A stretch of 64,000 nucleotides of DNA from a virus (taxonomy: Duplodnaviria > Caudoviricetes), in the IMG/VR virus record IMGVR_UViG_3300028603_000001, positions 32,001 to 96,000 of that record. One strand, written 5' to 3'. A program made the position numbers and the translations under genes. The notes beneath the pieces were generated by a model. The model did not search any database. It was not told the origin of the DNA and saw only the letters and a program-made list of their open reading frames with translations. Below, piece after piece: positions 19,064-28,291 of the stretch. The stretch's first letter is position 1. The number at the start of each line of letters is the position of its first letter.

Positions 19064-19851
19064 TATGAATTTCCTCCATCAAACACAGTTCCAGTTATTA
19101 TTGTTCCTATATGTTTATTTTTTTCTTTTTTATAATAAGAACCTGGTGAATATTCTGATTCTTCATTCAAAACAAAACCACTTCCTTCACTATAAACATA
19201 ATAATCACCATAATTAGTACCCCAATTAGCGGGTTCCTCAGTTAACAACACAAACACATAACCCCCATCAGGATCAGATAATATTTGAGATGTATCTTGA
19301 TTAATACTGTAAGCATGCTCTGTATCAAAATCTGGATTAACTTCTAAATACTTAGCATCAGAAGGTTCAACTTTTGTAAATTTGTATAACATTCCAGCTG
19401 GAAGAATATAATCAAATAAATCTTCTAGTAATACGGTCCCTGTTAGCTGAGCTGGGATTTTTAGATCTAAAATAAATTGATTTTCTCCTGTTGTTGGAAT
19501 TGTACCAATAAAATCAACAATATTATTTATTTTTATTTTTTGACTGTTGATAAGTAATCTTATAGCTGTATTAATAGCTTCTTTTGTTCCTTTTTTCTTA
19601 ATTAAGTCTGAAAACGAGCTGATTATATAAATCAAATCTCGTGTTGTATATTTATGCTTAGATTCGAAACCAAGCGTTAATGCCAGAAGCTCAATTGTTG
19701 TAGCATCAATGTCTGGGGAGTCTCGATTAAACATTACAGAATCAGCCCCTGTTTTCATATAATTAAATAATACTTCAAATAATCTACCAATATAACTAAA
19801 ATCTCTTGATTGACTGTAATAAACCTCTGGAATTAATTTTTCAACTTTCAT
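19063..19851 (-). CDS. Baseplate wedge protein (P2 gpI / T4 gp7-like)
   Basis: LLA..LGF, KKKGT...I, ILPAG motifs; follows the gp6-like gene. Confidence 0.7.
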   Translation of the reverse strand: MKVEKLIPEVYYSQSRDFSYIGRLFEVLFNYMKTGADSVMFNRDSPDIDATTIELLALTLGFESKHKYTTRDLIYIISSFSDLIKKKGTKEAINTAIRLLINSQKIKINNIVDFIGTIPTTGENQFILDLKIPAQLTGTVLLEDLFDYILPAGMLYKFTKVEPSDAKYLEVNPDFDTEHAYSINQDTSQILSDPDGGYVFVLLTEEPANWGTNYGDYYVYSEGSGFVLNEESEYSPGSYYKKEKNKHIGTIITGTVFDGGNS

Positions 19852-19864
19852 CTTGTCATTACCT

Positions 19865-22800
19865 CTATTTCATAGAACTTTTAGCTATTCTTATTTTATC
19901 TTTACTTGCTGAAAAATCAATCTTAGGCAAAACCCATTTGTTAGCTATATTGTTACTATCGTAAAATGCTTGTGCTGTATTTAAAGTCACTGTTTCTGAT
20001 AATTCAATTTCTTTGCTTGGATCAAGATCTGCAAAAGGATAGAATTTCTCGTATTGCTCTCCAAATTCAGTTTCTAAATATGTAATAAATGTTGCCAAAT
20101 CAGATTTTAAACCTAATAATGGATTTATCCCTTTTACATATTTAAGAGGACTCATAGTAAATGATTGCTCTGGTTCCAATCGATTTAAAATCCAATAAGC
20201 AGCTGTTGGTGCGGTTAATGTTAATTTTAATATATTTATTCCATTATTTAGTTCCACATCATTTCCTATAGGGTTACTATCAGAATCATAAGCTTGCAAA
20301 GTAGGTTTAGCTACCTCACCGATATCATTACCATAAATCATAACATAACAATCAACATCAGCAACATCTGCAGCATAAAACTTAGCTTCACCAGATCCAT
20401 CAAAATTTGGTCCATACATGCCGTTTTCTAATACCTGTATTGCGCAATCAGTAGCTTTGCTTATTTTCAATAATGTTGGGTAAACGAAATCTTCTAAATT
20501 AGCTAAAGTAAAAACCCCTAAATTTATATTTTTTCCACCACCTTTTTGAATTAATGTATTAGCTTTTAAAACGAAACCTTGCTCTAATACACCATCATAA
20601 GTACCTGAATCTTCTGTGTCTATGGCGCTATCATCTATGGAATAATAAATCTTTTGGTTAGAAACCAATACCTGTTCTAAATTAGGCCCACAATTGATAT
20701 CTAATATTGAGCGGCAACTCCAATCAGCATCAGGAACAAGAGACTTATCAGGCAGATCTTCTCTATCTGATGTATTCGCATATTGGTAAGATATCTTAGT
20801 TCCATCGTCAATAAGAGTAAAATCATTATCTGTAATAGTCAAAGAAGGAGAACCACTACCAATATATATTGTATCACCAGCAGTAAATGTTTTTATCTCA
20901 TTTTCAGTTATCTCTAAATAGTTTTCACTAGTAAAAACAACGGTTTTAAATGAATCTCTAAGCGCATATAATCCTTCTAAATTAATATCATCTATATTTA
21001 TATCAGCATCACATTCCCAATTCCAATTAGACATTCCAGAAGTTCGTTTTAACTTAGTTCCTGAACCAAAAGCGTAAAGAGATGTTAAGTTAGGATCTGA
21101 ATAGAAGAAGTATTCGTTTTCTTTGAGAGTATAAACATCACCTTCCCATTTTATTTCATTTTTAGGTTCATTTGTTATCCAATAACATTTTTTTTGTATT
21201 ACCAATTTTTCAGAATTTATTTTTTTAATCTCTATTTGTTCATCTGGGCCTAAATAATAAACAGGATATGTTTCACTATTAATCGTTGGATTTTTATCTG
21301 GTGATTTACTATTAGCGGTATGACCTGCTTCTGTGTATAAAATATTTTTAGAATTAATTATTTTCCCTGATGTTATAAAATCATAAGTCCATTTATTATC
21401 CTTGAAATAATATAAAAGTAATGTTTCTCCTGATTTAAGTAAATAATCTGTATTTGCTGGGATGTCTGTTCCAGAGTTTAATTCTAAATAATATAAAACA
21501 CCAGCAGCATAGATATTTTCTGATATGATATTAGGCGCTATAAATTGAACAACTTCATTATCTTTAAGAGTATAAGAATTTCCTCCATCTATTGTATCAA
21601 TATTACATTCAGTCGTTATTCTCTTCACACCAGTTATTTTTTCAACCTCTTCATAAGAATAATCAGGGGTAAAATCATTATCATATTCAAATAAAGGTAC
21701 TCTTCCACCTAACACATTCTTAGCAACAATTTTTTTAAATTCATCACTGTCGGTACTAGAATCTATATAAATATCATGCTCATCACCGTCTTTTGTGATT
21801 ATTTTAGGAGTTTGCTCTGGTTCTTGTAAACTAACAGCTTTTATTCTTGCATCTGCGTTTTTCATAACATCTATTAATTTTTCAAAAGGAATTTCATAAC
21901 CGAAGTTTAATTTTCGAGCGTTGAATTCCTTAGCTAAAGCACTATACACATTAGCTATAATATCTGATTGTTCTAATATGTTAACTTTTGCTGTAGTACT
22001 TATAGTTGCAGTTAGATCATAACAAAGTTGAATAGAAACTATATCTTCATTAGCTAACGTCTTATATGTATGTGATAAATTTTTATATAAGTTTGTATTT
22101 GTTTCAATTTGTGCTGTAATAGCATTTATTTTATTTTGCGGTAAAAGCTTAAATGAATTATTATAACCATCTGTGTTTGAATTTATAGCCGAAAAGGTTG
22201 TATTTGTAATTGGCCTAAATGGATAAATAGTTAAGTCAAAAGGTGTTATAGCAGCTTTTGGGATTGACTCAACAATTGAACCAGCTGCAACATCATACGT
22301 CACAACATCGCAAGCATAATTTATATCAGTTCTTCTATCAGCTACTTGAACATTTGATACTAAAGGTGTACCTGTTGTTTGGTTAAGCATATTATAGATA
22401 ACATTAGCATAATCTCTGCAAGTAACTAATGTATCAAAAGTACCAATGATTTTTTTAAAACCTAGGTAAGATTGATCTAAAGTTTCTGGGTTAGATCCTG
22501 ATACTGCAGCAGATAAATTAGTCACTCTAATATCAGCATTATCTATTCCATCATCAATAACTTGCCCATCTTGAATTACTGTTCTTTTTTTAATATTTAT
22601 TAATTCTTTAGCTGCAACATTTCCAATTTCACCTTGTGTAACAACATAATCAACAGTTAAACCATCGCCTATAATATCTGATACCCACTCTGGGAATTCA
22701 ATATAAGGAAGATTTCTTTTTGAATCAAAACCAAACTTATAACAAGGAGACCCATAAATTTGAGTATTTAGATTATCAACTTTTTCCCATAAAGAGCTTC

Positions 22801-23407
22801 CATATAAAGAGTTTGATATAATAACACCATTTTCAGCAACCATAACCTCTGGAAAATAAAGTCTATTATTAGATGTAAGATTTTCAAGTTGTATCAAATT
22901 ATTGCCTAAAACCGATAGGTGTTGAATTTTTCCCTGAATAACTGATATTTCACCTGAAGTGTTTGTAGTTTTTGATATTTCTGCATTCTCCATTGTTACA
23001 TAAGCTATTTTAGATGAAGATTCAATTACTGAATACCTAGGAATTACGATATTTGAAATCAATTCCTCCGGTTTCTTGTAGCTACATACAACAGTTGTTT
23101 GTGCAGCTACATAGTAATGCATATGATATCCCAGAGATTCAGTTAATTCTCGCATCGATTCTTCTTGCGTACAACTAGAAATAAACATCTCTAATATATT
23201 CTTATCAATATTATAATTTACTTTATCTGCTACAAACGCAGCTAATTTAAGCAGAACGACAAATGGGTCGGTTTCAACAGCAGTTGTTGGTGAAAATCTA
23301 TTACTTATTTTTTCCGCGTATGTTAATAATTCCTCATAAATAGCTGCAAAATCTTTATTTGTATAAGATTTATTAGATATTTCTAATTCTCTTTCGGTGA
23401 ATGCCAT
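19865..23407 (-). CDS. Baseplate wedge subunit (T4 gp6 / J-like)
   Basis: KDFAAI..EL, LA..LGY-like, GSNPET, LVTCRDY motifs. Confidence 0.85.
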   Translation of the reverse strand: MAFTERELEISNKSYTNKDFAAIYEELLTYAEKISNRFSPTTAVETDPFVVLLKLAAFVADKVNYNIDKNILEMFISSCTQEESMRELTESLGYHMHYYVAAQTTVVCSYKKPEELISNIVIPRYSVIESSSKIAYVTMENAEISKTTNTSGEISVIQGKIQHLSVLGNNLIQLENLTSNNRLYFPEVMVAENGVIISNSLYGSSLWEKVDNLNTQIYGSPCYKFGFDSKRNLPYIEFPEWVSDIIGDGLTVDYVVTQGEIGNVAAKELINIKKRTVIQDGQVIDDGIDNADIRVTNLSAAVSGSNPETLDQSYLGFKKIIGTFDTLVTCRDYANVIYNMLNQTTGTPLVSNVQVADRRTDINYACDVVTYDVAAGSIVESIPKAAITPFDLTIYPFRPITNTTFSAINSNTDGYNNSFKLLPQNKINAITAQIETNTNLYKNLSHTYKTLANEDIVSIQLCYDLTATISTTAKVNILEQSDIIANVYSALAKEFNARKLNFGYEIPFEKLIDVMKNADARIKAVSLQEPEQTPKIITKDGDEHDIYIDSSTDSDEFKKIVAKNVLGGRVPLFEYDNDFTPDYSYEEVEKITGVKRITTECNIDTIDGGNSYTLKDNEVVQFIAPNIISENIYAAGVLYYLELNSGTDIPANTDYLLKSGETLLLYYFKDNKWTYDFITSGKIINSKNILYTEAGHTANSKSPDKNPTINSETYPVYYLGPDEQIEIKKINSEKLVIQKKCYWITNEPKNEIKWEGDVYTLKENEYFFYSDPNLTSLYAFGSGTKLKRTSGMSNWNWECDADINIDDINLEGLYALRDSFKTVVFTSENYLEITENEIKTFTAGDTIYIGSGSPSLTITDNDFTLIDDGTKISYQYANTSDREDLPDKSLVPDADWSCRSILDINCGPNLEQVLVSNQKIYYSIDDSAIDTEDSGTYDGVLEQGFVLKANTLIQKGGGKNINLGVFTLANLEDFVYPTLLKISKATDCAIQVLENGMYGPNFDGSGEAKFYAADVADVDCYVMIYGNDIGEVAKPTLQAYDSDSNPIGNDVELNNGINILKLTLTAPTAAYWILNRLEPEQSFTMSPLKYVKGINPLLGLKSDLATFITYLETEFGEQYEKFYPFADLDPSKEIELSETVTLNTAQAFYDSNNIANKWVLPKIDFSASKDKIRIAKSSMK

Positions 23408-23409
23408 AT

Positions 23410-23784
23410 TTATTCACTCCCTTCTATTTTAAATAAAACCAGAGAGAACATATTCGTAATAAATGTTTCTTGATTTTTATATATAATATTTGCTACAAGT
23501 TTACTTCCATCAATAAATATTTTTATATCTCTTCTTTCAATATAAATTTGTGGGCAATAATCTACTATTTTTGTGTATATTTCATCAATTAAGATATCTC
23601 TTAATATAACATTATTCTGTTCAAAAAAATATCTTTTCAGGTGTATCCCAAAATCTGGATCACCAAAAAATTCGCCGCATTCAGAACTTACAAGTAAGCG
23701 AATGCTTTGTTTTGTGGCTTCATCTCCATATTTAACAGAAGTAGAATTACCATTAAATATTTTAGGAAAACTTATAGTGTTCAT
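23410..23784 (-). CDS. Baseplate gp25-like sheath initiator
   Basis: QSIRLL...GEFFGDPDFGIHL..YFFE. Confidence 0.85.
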   Translation of the reverse strand: MNTISFPKIFNGNSTSVKYGDEATKQSIRLLVSSECGEFFGDPDFGIHLKRYFFEQNNVILRDILIDEIYTKIVDYCPQIYIERRDIKIFIDGSKLVANIIYKNQETFITNMFSLVLFKIEGSE

Positions 23785-23820
23785 TAATTTTCTCCTTTTA
23801 AGTCATTTAAAATATCATTA

Positions 23821-23829
23821 AATTTAGCA
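23821..23829 (-). promoter_or_regulatory. Putative late promoter TGCTAAATT
   Basis: Upstream of ATG 23784. Confidence 0.7.
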
Positions 23830-23855
23830 CAAATACTGATATTTTTATTTTACAT

Positions 23856-23953
23856 AAATAATTCTGAGGTAAACATGCATTATATGCTCGATAACCGAGC
23901 GTAGTCATAATTACTGCTAAAGGCAGCAAACTCATAAGCTCACCCCAGTTATT
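23856..23953 (-). ncRNA. Candidate structured RNA, unknown family
   Basis: Closing stem 23940-48/23864-72 and internal hairpins 23886-23900 and 23911-23929; GC-rich in AT-rich DNA. Confidence 0.4.
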
Positions 23954-23957
23954 TTTG

Positions 23958-24998
23958 TTATTTAATCAAGGTATATAACCATGAAGTATTTATCTTGTAA
24001 TCATCGTTAACTTTATACGGTAATTTTCCTTCAATTGGGTCATAAAACGACATTATATCTTTTCTAAATCCCATATGTAGTGTTTCACTAGATAAACTTA
24101 TTAAATTTCCTTGCGCATCAACCAAACCAAATTTAATTTTTAATGAACCTGTAAAATCTCTTCCACTGTTCCTTTTACCACTTCCATAGAATAAAGTAAA
24201 ATCATCTGTTTCTTGATCGTAAGAGATTAGAGGTAACCAGTCAATGCGATAATCAATACGTATAAAGCCATCATCTATATGTTGCTGTGTTATTTCCCAT
24301 TCTGTTTTAATTAAACCGTTATTAGGCATCCATACTGGGACATCAGGATTAATCGCTCCATCTAAACCTTGGTTTTTATTTGCAATATATCCATAACCAA
24401 AAGATGCAACACCTATATTTAAATTATTTGGATCTGATGGATGCTGATATCCTTTCTTGGATTGTCTACGTCTAGTTGTTCGGTATAAAAAAATTCTTGA
24501 TCCAATATCTGAAGCAGTAAAATTATTCAAACATATGTAAATATTATCAATGTCTTTTTTGATAGTGATCACTTTATTAATTTTATTTTCAAGATATGTG
24601 ACTTTTTCTTGCAACATTTCATTTTGCTGGATTGTTGATTGTATATCATTAAAAGATATATCACCAATAAAAGTATTTTTAGATAATTCTGTATGTCCAG
24701 TTACAGATAATCCTTTTAATTTGAGTTTTCCATTACTCTTATTATCTAAACCTTGATATATTTTCCCTAAAATTATCGGCAAAGATTTATTATTATTTAA
24801 AAATCCTACATAAACAACATCACCTATAGCATAGGAATCATATAAGCCAGGAATAGTTGAACAGTTAGCTACATATGTGTAATTACTTTTATTATCATCT
24901 CCAGGTATTTGAAATATATTCAATTCGACTTTATATGCGTTCCCAACGAAATTTCCTTTATTTATTCCTATTTCTCTTATTATGCCTGCTGTGATCAT
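23958..24998 (-). CDS. Baseplate spike / gpV-like protein with a C-terminal extension
   Basis: OB-fold-like IGDVVYVGF...PIILG; follows the hub gene. Confidence 0.6.
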   Translation of the reverse strand: MITAGIIREIGINKGNFVGNAYKVELNIFQIPGDDNKSNYTYVANCSTIPGLYDSYAIGDVVYVGFLNNNKSLPIILGKIYQGLDNKSNGKLKLKGLSVTGHTELSKNTFIGDISFNDIQSTIQQNEMLQEKVTYLENKINKVITIKKDIDNIYICLNNFTASDIGSRIFLYRTTRRRQSKKGYQHPSDPNNLNIGVASFGYGYIANKNQGLDGAINPDVPVWMPNNGLIKTEWEITQQHIDDGFIRIDYRIDWLPLISYDQETDDFTLFYGSGKRNSGRDFTGSLKIKFGLVDAQGNLISLSSETLHMGFRKDIMSFYDPIEGKLPYKVNDDYKINTSWLYTLIK

Positions 24999-25020
24999 AT
25001 GTTTCTCCTATAATTTTAAT

Positions 25021-26229
25021 TTATTCATCGCCTATTCTTTGTAGGTTTAATGTAGTTTTGTAACCATCACCGTCTATTCTATCTACTTGTTTTGTTATAA
25101 TATATAGTCCTGAATGTATATGTCTTTTTCCGAATAGTATTATATTTACTCTAACATATGTCATTAGTATAGCTGGTCGTAATAATCCCCTAATAGTTAA
25201 ACTAGCTTTTATTGGAAATTGTGTTATCTTATTCCACCAGGTCATGTCATCATTTCTTGTTTCATATAACGGGTTGTTACTAGAAATAACTGGTGCGTAA
25301 ATTTCCTCATATTCTCCATTTGCATTTATTCTTGAAACATATTCTTGAGGGTGTAATTCTTTTTGATAATTATAGAGAATTGAGTAATTTTCATCTTGCT
25401 CCACTGCAAAATTAAACACATAATTTGATCCTGGGTAGCCTATATCTAGCTGATATGCCTCAGGATGTAATATTTTATTATCAACTAAAACGATTTTAAA
25501 ATATGATCCTCCAAAAACCCCAGTTGTATCATCAACTATAGTCAAGACATAAAAAGCACCATTTGATACACCTCTATTAACATCTGGGGTCATAAGAGAT
25601 ACTAATTCATTTAAATAATCCAATACTGAGATATTATCATACTGTCTTATTGATACTTCCATATCTGTATTAGGAATTAATCCAGCGTTTGCAACTAATG
25701 TTAAATTTCGCATACCAGGGAATAAGTCTTGGAGACCATACTTTTCATTATCTTTTAATATATCCCAAATACGCATACTTGGTTGTACTGTTTCAGCTGG
25801 AAAAGGATATCCTCCGCTTAGTCCTAAAGAAGCTTGACTAACAGCTGTTATAGTATACTCTATAATAGCGCCATCTAAAAATCTTGAAGTTGTTTTTGTG
25901 ATAATTCCTACTTCATTTCTATATATGAAATTAGGCATAGAAGCATCACCATAGGTAAATTCTATCTTACGTGTTCCAGATACGCTTGAAAGGACTTTTT
26001 CAAAATAATTTGGGTCATTAAATTGGTTTATAACATAGACTAATGATAACACGTAAGTATTAACTTTTCCATTTACTTTTGTCACCTCTAATGACTTGAC
26101 ATAGTTTGGATATTGTTGAAACCCTGTTTTTTCATCTTTTTTATATACCCCAAAGCTATACTCACCAATATTCACTTGAACAACTGGAACCTGAACATAT
26201 ACCGGAGCTGTTATTAAACTTTGCGACAT
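25021..26229 (-). CDS. Baseplate hub protein (gp27/GPD-like)
   Basis: SGLYIITKQVD.I...GYKTTLNL C-terminal motif. Confidence 0.7.
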   Translation of the reverse strand: MSQSLITAPVYVQVPVVQVNIGEYSFGVYKKDEKTGFQQYPNYVKSLEVTKVNGKVNTYVLSLVYVINQFNDPNYFEKVLSSVSGTRKIEFTYGDASMPNFIYRNEVGIITKTTSRFLDGAIIEYTITAVSQASLGLSGGYPFPAETVQPSMRIWDILKDNEKYGLQDLFPGMRNLTLVANAGLIPNTDMEVSIRQYDNISVLDYLNELVSLMTPDVNRGVSNGAFYVLTIVDDTTGVFGGSYFKIVLVDNKILHPEAYQLDIGYPGSNYVFNFAVEQDENYSILYNYQKELHPQEYVSRINANGEYEEIYAPVISSNNPLYETRNDDMTWWNKITQFPIKASLTIRGLLRPAILMTYVRVNIILFGKRHIHSGLYIITKQVDRIDGDGYKTTLNLQRIGDE

Positions 26230-26233
26230 ATTA

Positions 26234-26554
26234 TTATTCCCTATATTCCATAGAAGTGAGAGATGGAATTTTCAATGTTGTGTGATAATCACTTAATTTA
26301 ATAAATGGATCTCTGATATCATTAAAATCAGCTATAATCCAAAAATAATCAGGTCTTCCATAATATTTATTAGCTAATATATCTAGCGTATCTTCTTGTT
26401 TAACAGTAACTTTAACATATTGAATATTTTTTGATAAATGCCCTGTCAAACCATACATATATTTTTTATCTAAACTGTGATAATAAAAAGGAAAAGAAGC
26501 ATATCTAGATATATGTTCATATGATATTTTAGATTTGTTTTTTAGTACATCCAT
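26234..26554 (-). CDS. LysM-like baseplate protein (gp53/gpX-like)
   Basis: DTLDILANKYYG...FWIIADFN.I.DP. Confidence 0.8.
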   Translation of the reverse strand: MDVLKNKSKISYEHISRYASFPFYYHSLDKKYMYGLTGHLSKNIQYVKVTVKQEDTLDILANKYYGRPDYFWIIADFNDIRDPFIKLSDYHTTLKIPSLTSMEYRE

Positions 26555-26574
26555 AATTAAATCTCCTTCTAACC

Positions 26575-27177
26575 TTAATTATTTATAGCTTTAATCTTTT
26601 TTTCTATGTCTGAGGTAATACCTCGCAGACTTCCTAATTTTCCTACTGAATCTGCATCATATGGTTGAATTTCAGAAACAGTGAAAGATATTGTTGCTTG
26701 TGCATATTTATTGTTAACTAGTATTGGCAAATCATAAACAACACTGACACCGCCCTGTACAATACCTTTTATAAATACTGTATCACCAAATCTTACAGCA
26801 ACCATCGGTGGATTAACTAATTTATCACTTGCTTTATATCTTGGTAAAGCTATTGACTGTAATTTTTTAATTAATAAATCAACATAATCATCGTTATTTA
26901 TTCGAGTTTCAATATCACCATCTGCTGTATTATATTTGATTCTAGCAGCTCCAGTGTTAAAATTATTCATCATATCTCTATGTAGCTTCAATGTTATCTG
27001 TATTGATCTAGGCCCTGAGTTATTATATGAGTATACTGGGGCGGTTCTAGATAAAGCATTTTGGCTGCTGAAGTTTGAGTCTAGTTGATCTTGTAACGTA
27101 TCAGGGTATTGAGGTAAGATGAAATACTCATCTGTGTGGTATAAATATATATAACACTCTGGTAATTTGTAATTCAT
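26575..27177 (-). CDS. Tail tube initiator / baseplate-tube cap protein
   Basis: SRTAPVYSY...GPRSI, PP.V.VRFG motifs; context. Confidence 0.65.
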   Translation of the reverse strand: MNYKLPECYIYLYHTDEYFILPQYPDTLQDQLDSNFSSQNALSRTAPVYSYNNSGPRSIQITLKLHRDMMNNFNTGAARIKYNTADGDIETRINNDDYVDLLIKKLQSIALPRYKASDKLVNPPMVAVRFGDTVFIKGIVQGGVSVVYDLPILVNNKYAQATISFTVSEIQPYDADSVGKLGSLRGITSDIEKKIKAINN

Positions 27178-28280
27178 TATTTATCTTCTCCCATTCTAAA
27201 ATCAAACTGTACCTGGTCAAACTCTAGATTAGCTATCAGATATTTTTCAATATCTTTATCTACATAACCTAAGAAATCATATTTAATTAAACCATGAGAT
27301 ATAGCTATATATTTAATAATTTCAACATCATGGTTGTTCCAGATACCATATTTTCTGTTATTGCTTTGTAATTTCTCTAGCATTTTTTTCCCCACAAGAA
27401 AATTATCTAAAATAATTTGTATTCTTTTAATATCATATGGCTCGCTTAGTTCGTATATAACGTTCCCTGTTAAATATTCAACAATACGGTCAGCTAGCAA
27501 ATAATTACCTCTTGTGTTTTCTGTTGATAGAAGTTGTGCAGCTATTTTAATATCTACATTATCAATTTCACCAATAATTAAAGGATTTAAATTTAAATAT
27601 TTATCATAATATTTACCTTCAAGAACAACTATCGAGTTATTAAAATCTCTAGGTACCTTTAATAATAGAAATAAATCATTAGAAACTTCAGTATCTATTT
27701 CACCAACTTCATAGTGAAATAAATTATTTATCTTGATTTTTCTATATGTTTTTTTACTCAACGTTAAACCACTATCTTTTTCATCATATAAACACAATTC
27801 GATATTCTTTGTGTTGTGTATTGAGATAGAATACGTTGGTACTAATGAGATTGGAATTTTATAGCTTATAAAACCATTACTATTTGATTCAAAATTAATA
27901 TCAAAATCTCCTATATTGAATTTTATATCATAATCTAAGAATCTTTCATCAAAACAGTTATACATAGACATAAGATTTATCTTTTTAAAATCACGCATAA
28001 ATCTTAGATATTTTCCTAAATATTCATGAGTATACCTATCATAAATTAAATTTTCTATTTTTAGATTATCTGTTATATTAAGATACGGGTAATCATAAAT
28101 ATAATCAAAACATTTCTTACTTGAACCATTTGCGTTTTTATAATAGATATTATTGTTTTTGATGTAGTATGAATTAGGCATAAGATTATCATCACCAACT
28201 CGACATAAAGGGAGATTAAAATCTTTTAATATTTGTTTTATTTGTCCTACAAATATAGATGTATTATTTAATGAAATCAT
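27177..28280 (-). CDS. Hypothetical tail-module protein
   Basis: 367-aa ORF between the tape measure and the tube initiator. Confidence 0.65.
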   Translation of the reverse strand: MISLNNTSIFVGQIKQILKDFNLPLCRVGDDNLMPNSYYIKNNNIYYKNANGSSKKCFDYIYDYPYLNITDNLKIENLIYDRYTHEYLGKYLRFMRDFKKINLMSMYNCFDERFLDYDIKFNIGDFDINFESNSNGFISYKIPISLVPTYSISIHNTKNIELCLYDEKDSGLTLSKKTYRKIKINNLFHYEVGEIDTEVSNDLFLLLKVPRDFNNSIVVLEGKYYDKYLNLNPLIIGEIDNVDIKIAAQLLSTENTRGNYLLADRIVEYLTGNVIYELSEPYDIKRIQIILDNFLVGKKMLEKLQSNNRKYGIWNNHDVEIIKYIAISHGLIKYDFLGYVDKDIEKYLIANLEFDQVQFDFRMGEDK

Positions 28281-28291
28281 TTAATTTCTCC

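Noticed and set aside
24799-24810. 12-nt match between the skipping-rope-like loop and the spike gene
   Set aside because: A-rich, mid-CDS and plausible by chance in AT-rich DNA
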